DNA from: Oligoflexus sp.
Lineage (GTDB): Bacteria > Bdellovibrionota_B > Oligoflexia > Oligoflexales > Oligoflexaceae
Direction: 5' to 3'
DNA: 24,422 bases
Assembly (NCBI GenBank): GCA_041736305.1
Contig: JBGSTX010000133.1
Span: 1 to 24,422 of the forward strand
Shown here: positions 9,811 through 18,494 of the stretch, in pieces
Layout: every line of letters starts with the position of its first letter
Numbering within the stretch: the stretch's first letter is position 1
Made by a program: the position numbers and the translations under genes
The notes under the pieces: model-generated
Seen by the model: the letters and a program-made list of their open reading frames with translations, nothing else
Told to the model about the DNA's origin: nothing
The model's database searches: none

Positions 9811-9824
9811 CAGCTTTCGCTATC

Positions 9825-10466
9825 TTATGAGGGGTCCGAAGCCAGCTTTGCCTTATCACCGTGCTCAGCTCGGTAGCGCCGATACTGAACTCTGAGCCGC
9901 AGAAGAGAGGTGACGTTGACCAGAAAATGACAGATCAAGGGGGGCCAAAGGCTACCTGTCGACTGAAACATCCAACCGAGTAGCAGTCCAGAGAGGACAG
10001 CCCAAAGCGTCCAAATCGACGCCACCCCGCGGGGCCCTAGGTGGAGTAGACCGAAGATCAGAGAGGTTCCAAAGAGCCCGATAGTTGGCTGCAACGCGGC
10101 TCGAAAGAGTAGTTCTTCACCGAGAGCTGAAATAAACGCCAGGTAGATGGCAACTGGAATCGAAGCAGCTCCGACCATCCGCATCAAAACGTGACGAAAG
10201 GCTTTGTAGGCAGCAAATTGCTCTTCAAAAAGATAATTTGAAATAAGGAGTACAAGAGCGCCCATTAGACCGAGAGCGAGCAAAATCCCCCTCTGCTTGA
10301 GCTCCGCAGGTACAGTAAAGACTTGAATAAGGTTTCCCTGCATGTAAAAACAGACCAGGCTGCCTACGCCCGCCATGACGAGATAGAAAAGCGAGGATGA
10401 TTTGACGAAGCTTAAGACCCTATCGAGGCCAATGAGATCAATTTCAGTGTCGTTGCGCTCTTTCAC
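9825..10466 (-). CDS. CPBP (CAAX protease/Abi) family intramembrane glutamic metalloprotease
   Basis: Multi-TM protein with EELLFR, FGLLH and HFLVN motifs; GTG start. Confidence 0.9.
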   Translation of the reverse strand: MKERNDTEIDLIGLDRVLSFVKSSSLFYLVMAGVGSLVCFYMQGNLIQVFTVPAELKQRGILLALGLMGALVLLISNYLFEEQFAAYKAFRHVLMRMVGAASIPVAIYLAFISALGEELLFRAALQPTIGLFGTSLIFGLLHLGPRGVASIWTLWAVLSGLLLGWMFQSTGSLWPPLICHFLVNVTSLLRLRVQYRRYRAEHGDKAKLASDPS

Positions 10467-10587
10467 TAGTGCCTCATTTGCCTGATCCGTTAGAACCCTC
10501 GTTAAAGCAGACTCACTGGCTTTTTACCAACTAAAAATCATCGAGGCCGCACTTGCTCTGGCCTCATCGTCCGAAGGAGAAAATAGG

Positions 10588-11679
10588 GTGAAATGGACTC
10601 GAGGCCTCATTCTCAGCTTATGCTGCTTTTGCTTTTTCAGTCTAAGTCTTTTTGATACAGCAAAAGGCGTAAGTCCCTCACCTCAATGGCAGACAGCTGC
10701 TGATGAGCTCATAAAACTCATCGAAAGTTCTGATAAGCAGACGCAGCAGGACAAGCTTGCCTGGCAGGAGATCAAAGACGCAATCAAACTTGCTTCGCGA
10801 AATGCTGAGACAGCCGCTGGGTTCTACGTCAGTGTCGATAAAATTCTCAGTGCCTGGTCAAGTGGTCGAGGTCTGCGCCTGCTTAACAACAGCCAAGCGA
10901 GCTACTATGCTTACAGCCAGGCCGCTCCAGAGTTTCGCGAAGTCGGAGCCTGGTTTGCAGCAAAAGGAGCCAAATGGTACGTAAAGCAGGTCAGTCGTCG
11001 TCCGGGCCAGGTTCTGCGGCGCGGTGATGCGATACTCAAAGCTGATTTTAATCCCGTTCTGAGTTGGAAGCCGGGCAGTAAGGAAACCATCGAGGTTCAG
11101 GCACAGACGCTGGAAGCTGCAAAGAAAGTAGAGCTCAAAGTCCAGAAGAAATCGCTCGCTGCCTGGGCTCTTGAAGAGACCCAAATGGGTTCTCAGACCC
11201 TGCCTCTCGGGGAAAAAAGATTGTGTGAAGAAAAAGTCTGGCTTTGGCTGACTCCTCCCGTTGCTCTCTATCTCGACTCTAAGCTTCGCGCTGCACAAGA
11301 AAGCTGCGACGCTATTCTGGTCGACTTGCGAGATAGTTTCGGCGAAAAACTGCCCAGTAGCACGCTGAAGAGCCAAAGCAAAAACAAGCCGAAACCTCTA
11401 GTCGTCCTAGTCAATCGCGAGACGCGGGAGCAGGCGGTGAATCTGGCTCTCAAGCTTAAAGATGAGCTCGGTGCGACGATCGTCGGCGAAGCGACGGCGC
11501 CGCGCCTCGTCCCGCAGCAAAAATTAGAGCTGAAGGAAATGCCTTGGCTGCTGCTTATCTATGAAAAGTCGGGAGGCAGTCTGCGGCCGGACGTGGAAAT
11601 TGCCGACCCCTGGATGCTAACAGTAGGCTTTGACGAGGTCAGAGAAGCCGGAATAAAGCAGCTCAAAGCGCTTCTCTGA
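10588..11679 (+). CDS. Exported S41 (CtpA/Tsp-like) peptidase homolog with degenerate PDZ and apparently no catalytic Ser/Lys
   Basis: Signal peptide; PDZ-like ..VKQV..LRRGDAIL; AILVDLRDSFG (cf. LILDLRNNxGG); KPLVVLVNRET..GATIVGEAT; LRPDVEI. GGAG upstream of the GTG start. Confidence 0.65.
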   Translation: MKWTRGLILSLCCFCFFSLSLFDTAKGVSPSPQWQTAADELIKLIESSDKQTQQDKLAWQEIKDAIKLASRNAETAAGFYVSVDKILSAWSSGRGLRLLNNSQASYYAYSQAAPEFREVGAWFAAKGAKWYVKQVSRRPGQVLRRGDAILKADFNPVLSWKPGSKETIEVQAQTLEAAKKVELKVQKKSLAAWALEETQMGSQTLPLGEKRLCEEKVWLWLTPPVALYLDSKLRAAQESCDAILVDLRDSFGEKLPSSTLKSQSKNKPKPLVVLVNRETREQAVNLALKLKDELGATIVGEATAPRLVPQQKLELKEMPWLLLIYEKSGGSLRPDVEIADPWMLTVGFDEVREAGIKQLKALL

Positions 11680-11699
11680 TCAAGTTTGAGGAAAGGCAG

Positions 11700-13163
11700 T
11701 TAATGCAAGTGCCTTTCGCCAACGTTTTTGACCATTTCGCCGAGATATTTCCAGAACTGTCCGACCGATTCGATATCCAGACTTTCATCCGAAGAGTGCG
11801 GATTTTGTATCGTCGGACCAAAAGAGAGCATGTCAATCTCAGCGGCCTGCTCACCGACTATCCCACAGTCTAGTCCAGCGTGAGTGGCGCGAATCTCTGG
11901 CTTGCGATTGTACACTTTCTCGAAGGTGCTTTCTGCCAAATGCAAGAGTTCTGACTGTCGGTTTGGCGACCAGCCCGGCGAAGCTATATTCTGCAAAATC
12001 TCCGCACCACCTATATCGAGCAGACTGACGACACCGCTGACGATCGCTTCCAGCTCGGCTGGCGAGGCACTGCGCTGGCTGGTAGCCAGCGTGATCAGTT
12101 TACGCGCGGTCGTGACGCCGACGATGCTGGTCGAAGTATGCACGAGCCCCTCGATTTCGCTGCTCATCTTTAAAGCCCCATGCGGCATTGCATTGATTAC
12201 ATGCAATATGCGCCTTATCTGGACCCGTTTGAACACCTTGCCTTTACGCAGGCCGAGCGGGTTCCACTCGATTTCGAGATCGGGGTCGGTCTCGCTGAAT
12301 TCAGCCAAGAGGTCCGCCTTCGCATGATCTATCCAGCTCAGTATTTCGGCCTGCCGTTTCGGGGGCAGCAGGAGATAAGCCTCAGCCTCGCGCGGAATTG
12401 CGCTGCGACGACCTCCCCCATCGAGCGAAGAAATGCGTACGCCTCGATCATGGAGGGGCAGGAGCAATCGCGTAAGAACTTTTATGGCGTTGCCGCGGTG
12501 CTTGTCGATATCGACACCGGAGTGTCCGCCGCGCAATCCTTTGACTTTGAGAATACCGCTCGGCACCTTGTCGTTGATCTCTTCCCAGAGAGGCTTCCAC
12601 TGACCAAGAGTGTCGCGTCCACCAGAGCGGCCGATGAAAAGCGCACCCTCTTGCTCACTATCGATATTGATGAGCAATCGACTTTCGATCATCGATGAAT
12701 CAAGAGTCTTGGCGTTGGTCAGACCGTTTTCTTCTTCCACGGTGAGCAGGCATTCAAGCGGCCCATGTGCCTTGCTCGGATCTTCGATGAGAGCCAGCAT
12801 CGCGGCAACTGCGATACCGTTGTCGGCACCCGATTGTCCTCCTCGGAGAAGCTTGACTTCACCCTGCGGCTGCTGCCCATCCGCTGCGAACTCAAATTCA
12901 CTGTTGAGCATCCGATCACCCACGACACCCAGGTGACCCTGGAGGCAGACTGAGGGAGCCGTTTCTAATCCTGGAGTAGCGTTGCATTTGATGAGGAGAT
13001 TACCAGTGCGATCGCGTTTGACCTGGCACCCAGCCCGAGTTGCTACCTCAGTCACATAACGGGCGATCGCTGCTTCGTTCTTTGAGCTGCGAGGAATCGC
13101 CGTGATGGCGGCAAAGTGCTTCCAAAGAAGAGGTGGTTGTAGATCAGCGACTGGATCCGACAT
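11700..13163 (-). CDS. pepD: Aminoacyl-histidine dipeptidase PepD homolog (M20 family)
   Basis: LWKHFAAITAIPRSSKNE, GADNG, HGPLECLLTVEEE, NIDSE, GLRGGHSG, HAGLDCG, SFGPTIQNPHSSDE. ATG 13163 has GAGGAG upstream. Confidence 0.88.
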   Translation of the reverse strand: MSDPVADLQPPLLWKHFAAITAIPRSSKNEAAIARYVTEVATRAGCQVKRDRTGNLLIKCNATPGLETAPSVCLQGHLGVVGDRMLNSEFEFAADGQQPQGEVKLLRGGQSGADNGIAVAAMLALIEDPSKAHGPLECLLTVEEENGLTNAKTLDSSMIESRLLINIDSEQEGALFIGRSGGRDTLGQWKPLWEEINDKVPSGILKVKGLRGGHSGVDIDKHRGNAIKVLTRLLLPLHDRGVRISSLDGGGRRSAIPREAEAYLLLPPKRQAEILSWIDHAKADLLAEFSETDPDLEIEWNPLGLRKGKVFKRVQIRRILHVINAMPHGALKMSSEIEGLVHTSTSIVGVTTARKLITLATSQRSASPAELEAIVSGVVSLLDIGGAEILQNIASPGWSPNRQSELLHLAESTFEKVYNRKPEIRATHAGLDCGIVGEQAAEIDMLSFGPTIQNPHSSDESLDIESVGQFWKYLGEMVKNVGERHLH

Positions 13164-13294
13164 GTTGAGACTCCTCACGAGCTTTAGTCCAATTGAGGGC
13201 TACTGAACGGCGGTTTTTCCCACACCCTCTAGGTGCTTGGCGCAGATATCGAACTGGTGTGTCTCCACAGTACGTTTTTCGAAGTCTACTGACA

Positions 13295-13332
13295 AGCCCT
13301 TACGAAGTGCTGTGAATTGCAGCCCTTACGAA
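13295..13332. repeat. 12-bp direct repeat AGCCCTTACGAA x2
   Basis: Exact copies at 13295-13306 and 13321-13332 in the intergenic region upstream of pepD. Confidence 0.8.
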
Positions 13333-13535
13333 TGCAGGTCTTGGATCCTACACTCTTCATGGATTGCTGACGACGCGTATTTTTGTCGAGTTAGCTCTCT
13401 CTGCGTACACGCTGGTATCGCCTGTGCCTGGAGCCCATTGCTGCAGGATTTTCAGCGGATAATTCGGACTCAGTTAAAAGACTGGCTAAGAATGGGGACT
13501 GCTGGAAAACTTGCAGATGCAGAGGGAGGACACGC

Positions 13536-15398
13536 TCAAAAGGTCTTAGCCAATTCAAAATAAAAGCTCACATCCTCTATCTCTGACGGGTTCGCAGCCT
13601 TGAAAACATACTCCTTGGTGTCTTTCTCTTCATAGCTGTTCCTAATGATCGAGTAGCTTCCCGAGAAGCGGAGCCAGTCCGAGATCGCAAGTACCGCACC
13701 GGCTTGAAACAGCTGCTGGTCGACGTTGGTCAAGTAGTTTTTCATCACGTTCCCCTGATCATCTCGCTGCGAGTAAAGGTAGGCCGTCAGTAGGTTGTAA
13801 CCGCCTGAGGCTACCACCGTCAAAGCATCCCAGAGAGGATAATTAGCGGAGAGCAGAAATTTATTGGCGCCGTCTACCGCCGTCTCAATACTATCGATAG
13901 TACTGATACGGTTAACAAAACGCGATTTAGCTATATCTCTATCATAATAGGCTGCGCTGAATAGAAAAGAGGCATCGCCGATATTCGCGTTCATGGCCGC
14001 GTTGCCCCCGGCTTCAGTGGCAAAACCAACCCGGTAGCGAATCGATGGATCGACGAGAGTATAACGAAAGCGATCTGGACTGACAAACTCGACCCTGTCC
14101 GTCGCCCAGTAATAGGCATCCAATCCAAGCCGAAAGACCATGAAATCGTATTCGAGATCGACGCGAAAATAATTGTCGAGGGCGTCTTCCTTTTGCCCTT
14201 CATCGAAGGGCTGCTGCACGGAAGCTTCCGCGACGAAATCAACTTTCTTGCCTTCAAATCGCATGCCTGCCGTAATTGCGCTCTGACCCCAGGCCTTTTC
14301 GCTATCTGATTTCGGCATGTGGGTGATAAAAGAGCCTCCCAGTTCCAGACTAAAATTGTCGCCGAGCCCGAGGCTTCCATTCGCAGCTACTTTTCCGAAC
14401 GGTGCGCTCTCCGATTCTCTTTTATTTTTTTGCTCGGTGAATACTCCACTGGCTTGATCGACCACGAAGTAGCGAGATTTCTGAATCTTGGCGTTGTAAG
14501 AAGACTGACCGCCCTCAGCCAAGAGCTGCAAGGAGAGACCCGTTGCCGTTTGCGGTGGATGATAGTTCACCGTCGCGGTCACAGATTCTTTGTGAGCCAC
14601 TAAATTGAGCGAATCAAAGGCGAGGTTGTCATTGTCCAGTGTCGAGCCTTGCTGGGCCAATTTCAAAGAAGGGCGAAAGCTCAGATGCCACCCAGGCTCG
14701 GCACCATTTTTCTGGCTGGAATGGGCTTTAAGATCATCATCATTCCCATCTTCGTTCTCCCGCCAAGCTCCATCATCTTCACTAGGAGGCGGCGTGGCTT
14801 CAGCATAAGCTCGGCTACCTCTCCAGCCACTCACGCGTTCGATCATGCGATTCTGCTCGCGTCGAATATCACTCAGGTAGCGGCGTCTGTTCACCCGCAG
14901 AAAGACCGGCAGGTTCTCAGGATCAGCCTTCTGAAAGAAGCGTTTGGCTCGCGCCATCTGTCCGGTTTTGTAGTAGATCGACCCGAGATAGTAGATAGCC
15001 AGGCTGCGGTTTTTTCCCCGCTTGCGGACTTCGTAGCGCAGGCCTCTGGCCGCTTTGCTGTAGGACTTATTTTCCAAATATGTCATGCCGTAGGCGAAAG
15101 CCGACTCGTCCGTCAGTGAACGGACTTCGACGCGATCAAAATAATTCTTTGCCTTCTTCAATCGATGGTTTTCAAAGTAGATCGTGCCAAGCAGCAAAGC
15201 AGCCTCGTCATCGCTCGGTTCACGCTGAAGTATGGCTTTCAGTTGGCGGACCGCATCTTTAATTTCCTTGTTTTGATAGGATTCGAGAGCACTGGCGTAA
15301 GAGGATATACCTAGTTTTTCTCGCCTCGATTCGAGCGCGTACCCTTGCCCTGCGAGGCAGAAGATAAAAAGCAAGAATGGAAGGCTTCTGAAAGTCAT
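13536..15398 (-). CDS. TPR-repeat plus C-terminal outer-membrane beta-barrel protein
   Basis: Signal peptide (..GQGYA), 3-4 TPR-like helical pairs (AALLLGTIYF, AFAYGMTYL, AIYYLGSIYY), acidic linker, alternating beta-strand patterns, C-terminal FYFELAKTF (beta-signal Phe). Confidence 0.75.
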   Translation of the reverse strand: MTFRSLPFLLFIFCLAGQGYALESRREKLGISSYASALESYQNKEIKDAVRQLKAILQREPSDDEAALLLGTIYFENHRLKKAKNYFDRVEVRSLTDESAFAYGMTYLENKSYSKAARGLRYEVRKRGKNRSLAIYYLGSIYYKTGQMARAKRFFQKADPENLPVFLRVNRRRYLSDIRREQNRMIERVSGWRGSRAYAEATPPPSEDDGAWRENEDGNDDDLKAHSSQKNGAEPGWHLSFRPSLKLAQQGSTLDNDNLAFDSLNLVAHKESVTATVNYHPPQTATGLSLQLLAEGGQSSYNAKIQKSRYFVVDQASGVFTEQKNKRESESAPFGKVAANGSLGLGDNFSLELGGSFITHMPKSDSEKAWGQSAITAGMRFEGKKVDFVAEASVQQPFDEGQKEDALDNYFRVDLEYDFMVFRLGLDAYYWATDRVEFVSPDRFRYTLVDPSIRYRVGFATEAGGNAAMNANIGDASFLFSAAYYDRDIAKSRFVNRISTIDSIETAVDGANKFLLSANYPLWDALTVVASGGYNLLTAYLYSQRDDQGNVMKNYLTNVDQQLFQAGAVLAISDWLRFSGSYSIIRNSYEEKDTKEYVFKAANPSEIEDVSFYFELAKTF

Positions 15399-15412
15399 GC
15401 TTAGCTATGGCC

Positions 15413-16696
15413 TCAAGGTTCCGACTTCGGGTTTGGCGCTTGCAAAAATGCTTGCGCCGCCCGGATATCGCCGTTTTGCTGGATGATTTCCTGAAAATAC
15501 CTGAGTTCTTCGCCGCCAGATGAACGTTCTTTTTCCAGTTTTGCCAGATAATCTTTGAGGAGACTCTGGAATTTATTCAGGCTTTCGCTATCGAGCGTCG
15601 TCTGCCCTTCCAGGACAAGGAGCAGGCGCCGTTTAAGAGTCGCTTGATCCAGGCGTGATTTCCAGTTTGCCTTGACGCTCAGCGAGCTTTGACAATTGCT
15701 GAGGCTGCTTTCATTGTGACTATCCTCGATGCAGCTGAGAGCCCAGAGGGTTCCCGACATCTCAAATTCTTCACTCATGCCCTTACCCGTGATAACGCCG
15801 AGCTGCCAGCGCAGTCGCGACTCAAATACTTTGGCTTCCCAGGCAGTGCTCGCTGTCCCAAGCCGTTGCAAGGCCTTGAGGCTCATCTCCATGCAAGCTT
15901 CGGCGTAAGAACCAGGTCGCAACCAGCCTGGCATAGGTGAGCGGCTGCGGATCCAATGGGGGTCTATCGTTAATATTTGTGCCCAGTCCTCGCGTACGAG
16001 TTCGCGTCCATCTAGATAGCTGCTCCATCGATCCTGCTGCTTTTGGCTGCTTTTCCAAGTTTCTTCCCAGGCCGCCATCGAGCAGTCCTGCGGTAAAGGC
16101 TCTTCGACTTTACCTCGCAGCTTCTTACTCGAGAGACCCTCCCAATGGCCATCGCGGCTGAAGGCCACTGCGCGGACATAGGGCAGCCAGAGGCTGAGAC
16201 CTTTCTTCTTTTTCAAGGCTTTGCCGATAGTCTCTCGATTGCGATCCATATGCGCTTCGAAGCGGGTGGGATTCTCTTCACTAAAGAGATTCTGAGCTGT
16301 TTGAAAGGTACTATCTCTGTTGAAAAAAGCCGAGATCATTCCTAAATCGGCTTCGCGTAGAAGCAGAAAAAGTAGAATGGCACCTAGTACCGCCAGCCCA
16401 TAGATGGAGGCCGCATTGAGTCGCCTTTTCTTTCGGGATTTCTGGGGCATCTGCATCTGCGGTTGAGTATTCATGCCCCAGGCGCCGAGCATCTCGTTCT
16501 GTACCATCTGCGCTAGTTCAGGATAGTGGCGCCGTAAGGCATCCACATCATCGAAGGTGACCCATTGCTTGAGAGAGCCTGAGATCTCATCCTGCAGCCC
16601 GAACTCCATACGCGCGTAAGAATCCTTCAGTTGCTTGTGGTTGAAGGGCCCCAAGAACCGTTGCATGTCTACACGTATGAGATACAGCCGCTCCAT
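15413..16696 (-). CDS. Single-pass membrane protein with N-terminal GYF_2 (DUF4339)-like domain
   Basis: YLIRVDMQRFLGPFNHKQL..DEISG..QWV resembles GYF_2 (GPF..L..W). Basic KSRKKRR precedes one TM helix, followed by a large soluble region with 4 Cys. Confidence 0.6.
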   Translation of the reverse strand: MERLYLIRVDMQRFLGPFNHKQLKDSYARMEFGLQDEISGSLKQWVTFDDVDALRRHYPELAQMVQNEMLGAWGMNTQPQMQMPQKSRKKRRLNAASIYGLAVLGAILLFLLLREADLGMISAFFNRDSTFQTAQNLFSEENPTRFEAHMDRNRETIGKALKKKKGLSLWLPYVRAVAFSRDGHWEGLSSKKLRGKVEEPLPQDCSMAAWEETWKSSQKQQDRWSSYLDGRELVREDWAQILTIDPHWIRSRSPMPGWLRPGSYAEACMEMSLKALQRLGTASTAWEAKVFESRLRWQLGVITGKGMSEEFEMSGTLWALSCIEDSHNESSLSNCQSSLSVKANWKSRLDQATLKRRLLLVLEGQTTLDSESLNKFQSLLKDYLAKLEKERSSGGEELRYFQEIIQQNGDIRAAQAFLQAPNPKSEP

Positions 16697-16697
16697 A

Positions 16698-17426
16698 TCA
16701 CCTCGTTACCGCAGAAATCACGACCGTTACATTGTCTTGGCCGCCGGCATCGTTCGCTTCTTGGATGAGCCGCTGCGGAAGTTCATAAAGCCGATTCTCG
16801 TATTCTTTAATGATGCGCACAATCCGACGGTCGTTGACCATACCGGTAAGTCCGTCGGAGCAGGTCAGCAAAATTTCGCCGGGTTGCAGCTTGAGCTCAT
16901 AGATATCGACCTCACACTGGGTCGAGAGTCCTAGGGCCCGAACGAGAGCGCCTGGCTTAGGATTCATGGCCAGCGATCCGTCGGGTAACCAACCCCGTTC
17001 AACATAGTTCTCAACGTTGTGATCGAGCGTCAGCTGCCAGAGATTGGATTTGTAATAGAGATAGGTGCGGGAGTCACCCATATGGCAAATGAAAGCCTTT
17101 TCTCCGACGAAGAGTAGGCAATTGAGAGTCGTCGCCATCCCTTCAAGGCTCGGCGTATGCAGGCCCTTGGCTATGATTTCCTTGTTCACCTGATCGATAG
17201 TCTTACTTAAGAAGGGCTCGACTTCTTCGTGCCGGAGGCTGTCGCAAGCGAGATAGGCTTCCTTGATGCCGTTCACGGCTGTAGAAGAAGCAGTTTCCCC
17301 ACCCTTGCGTCCGCCGATGCCATCGGCGACGATGAGCAAACCTAGCTCAGCGTTAAAGAAAAGGCTGTCCTGATTGTTTTTCCGAACGCGCCCCATGTCG
17401 GTGGCACCGTACATTTCTATACGCAA
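16698..17426 (-). CDS. PP2C (PPM) family Ser/Thr protein phosphatase, Stp1/PrpC-like
   Basis: TDMGRVRKNNQDS, VADGIGG, GMATT, HMGDSRTY, QLTLDH, LVRALG, CSDGLT, GGQDNVT. Likely TTG start at 17426, 6 nt after GGAGG. Confidence 0.95.
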   Translation of the reverse strand: MRIEMYGATDMGRVRKNNQDSLFFNAELGLLIVADGIGGRKGGETASSTAVNGIKEAYLACDSLRHEEVEPFLSKTIDQVNKEIIAKGLHTPSLEGMATTLNCLLFVGEKAFICHMGDSRTYLYYKSNLWQLTLDHNVENYVERGWLPDGSLAMNPKPGALVRALGLSTQCEVDIYELKLQPGEILLTCSDGLTGMVNDRRIVRIIKEYENRLYELPQRLIQEANDAGGQDNVTVVISAVTR

Positions 17427-17478
17427 GACTTTCCTCCCTGCTTGCTGAGGCGCCCGAAAGAGTCGACCTCTGCTTTGG

Positions 17479-17505
17479 GCATCGACAAAAAGCATGAAAT
17501 CTTGA
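17479..17505 (-). promoter_or_regulatory. Putative sigma28 (FliA)-type promoter upstream of the PP2C operon
   Basis: Minus strand TCAAGATT-N11-GTCGATGC versus consensus TAAAGTTT-N11-GCCGATAA. Confidence 0.4.
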
Positions 17506-17555
17506 GTCTTTAGGTCTGAGGACTGCTAAGAAGCTCAGCATAAATCTTGAGACTT
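17491..17555. repeat. Imperfect ~20-bp direct repeat
   Basis: AGCATGAAATCTTGAGTCTT (17491-17510) and AGCAT-AAATCTTGAGACTT (17537-17555). Confidence 0.75.
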
Positions 17556-17602
17556 CGCAGGCAATTTGCAGCGGATTATGTTTTTCGCCAAATTAACGCC
17601 GG

Positions 17603-18448
17603 TCAGAGCACGGACCTCGTGCGCGGATATTCGCAGAGAAGCTCAGGGAGATAGACCCACCCCTGCTGGAGGAAGAAATCACTCTGCGGTTTGGTGCAAA
17701 GCCCTTCGAGTTCAAGAGCAGCGACTAGAGCAGCCATGTACGCTGAAAACCCTTCGACGCTTGCTACGATAGCATCATCGATCGGACCAGCGATGAAAGC
17801 CCGCTCACTCAGGGCTTGGAGGAGCTTGAGGCGCCGCTTCCTACCGACTTCGAAAGCCCGGTATTCATATGCGAGTTCGGCTTCGAGATCCAGCTGATCG
17901 ACTAGCACGCTCATCGCATGGGGTATCGATGTTTCACGCATCACGGGGGCTTCAGCTAGGCTATTCAGGCGTTTTTGTAGGGTCATCGCCCGCACGACAA
18001 GCGGGGCTTTATTTGCGCTGTAGGTCGGCTCCTGCAGAGAAGGCTGCCACTTGAACCATTCTTTGACATCCCAGATGCGCTGGGTTTGGGGATTGAGTGG
18101 GCGCTTGCGGCGTTTGCCTGTTTGAGACTCAAGAAGCATCTGCATGTAGGCCACAGAGATATCCTCGCAGGCGTTTACACCGGGGCAACTGACACGCGTG
18201 CAAGCTACGCAGGGAGGCACAGTCAAAGGGCTGTCAATCATGATGCTGTCGGGACGTTGATTCCTCAGTATATCGAAGAGTCTGTCATCGGAAAAAAGCT
18301 TGTGGAGCGCTCCCATGCGGTCATGCACGGAACTTATCTTTAGGTTGCCTTCCCCTAAGCGACCTGTCATGATCACTAGAGTTGTCTTGTTAGAATTGGG
18401 GCCTGCAAGGTGGATCCCTGCTACTTTGACCTTCGGTGCATCCAGCAT
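17603..18448 (-). CDS. DUF429-like (predicted RNase H-fold) protein with a 4-Cys insert
   Basis: VAGIHLAG (cf. GIDLA), MIDSPLT (cf. AIDAPL), CVACTRVSCPGVNAC, C-terminal GWVYLP (cf. GxIxxP). Confidence 0.6.
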   Translation of the reverse strand: MLDAPKVKVAGIHLAGPNSNKTTLVIMTGRLGEGNLKISSVHDRMGALHKLFSDDRLFDILRNQRPDSIMIDSPLTVPPCVACTRVSCPGVNACEDISVAYMQMLLESQTGKRRKRPLNPQTQRIWDVKEWFKWQPSLQEPTYSANKAPLVVRAMTLQKRLNSLAEAPVMRETSIPHAMSVLVDQLDLEAELAYEYRAFEVGRKRRLKLLQALSERAFIAGPIDDAIVASVEGFSAYMAALVAALELEGLCTKPQSDFFLQQGWVYLPELLCEYPRTRSVL

Positions 18449-18494
18449 GTCGACCTTATTAATGCGCAGTTTGGTGAAGTGAAGAATCTAAACT

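Noticed and set aside
10543-10565. GAGGCC...GGCCTC inverted repeat in the divergent gap
   Set aside because: Only a 6-bp stem with an 11-nt loop and no U-tract; consistent with chance.
13295-13332. Repeat pair as a mini-CRISPR
   Set aside because: Only two 12-bp copies with a 14-bp spacer, and no cas genes in the window.
13237-13563. 108-aa plus-strand ORF in the pepD upstream gap
   Set aside because: TTG start, atypical Cys/Trp/Ser-rich composition, overlaps the convergent gene, no family motif.
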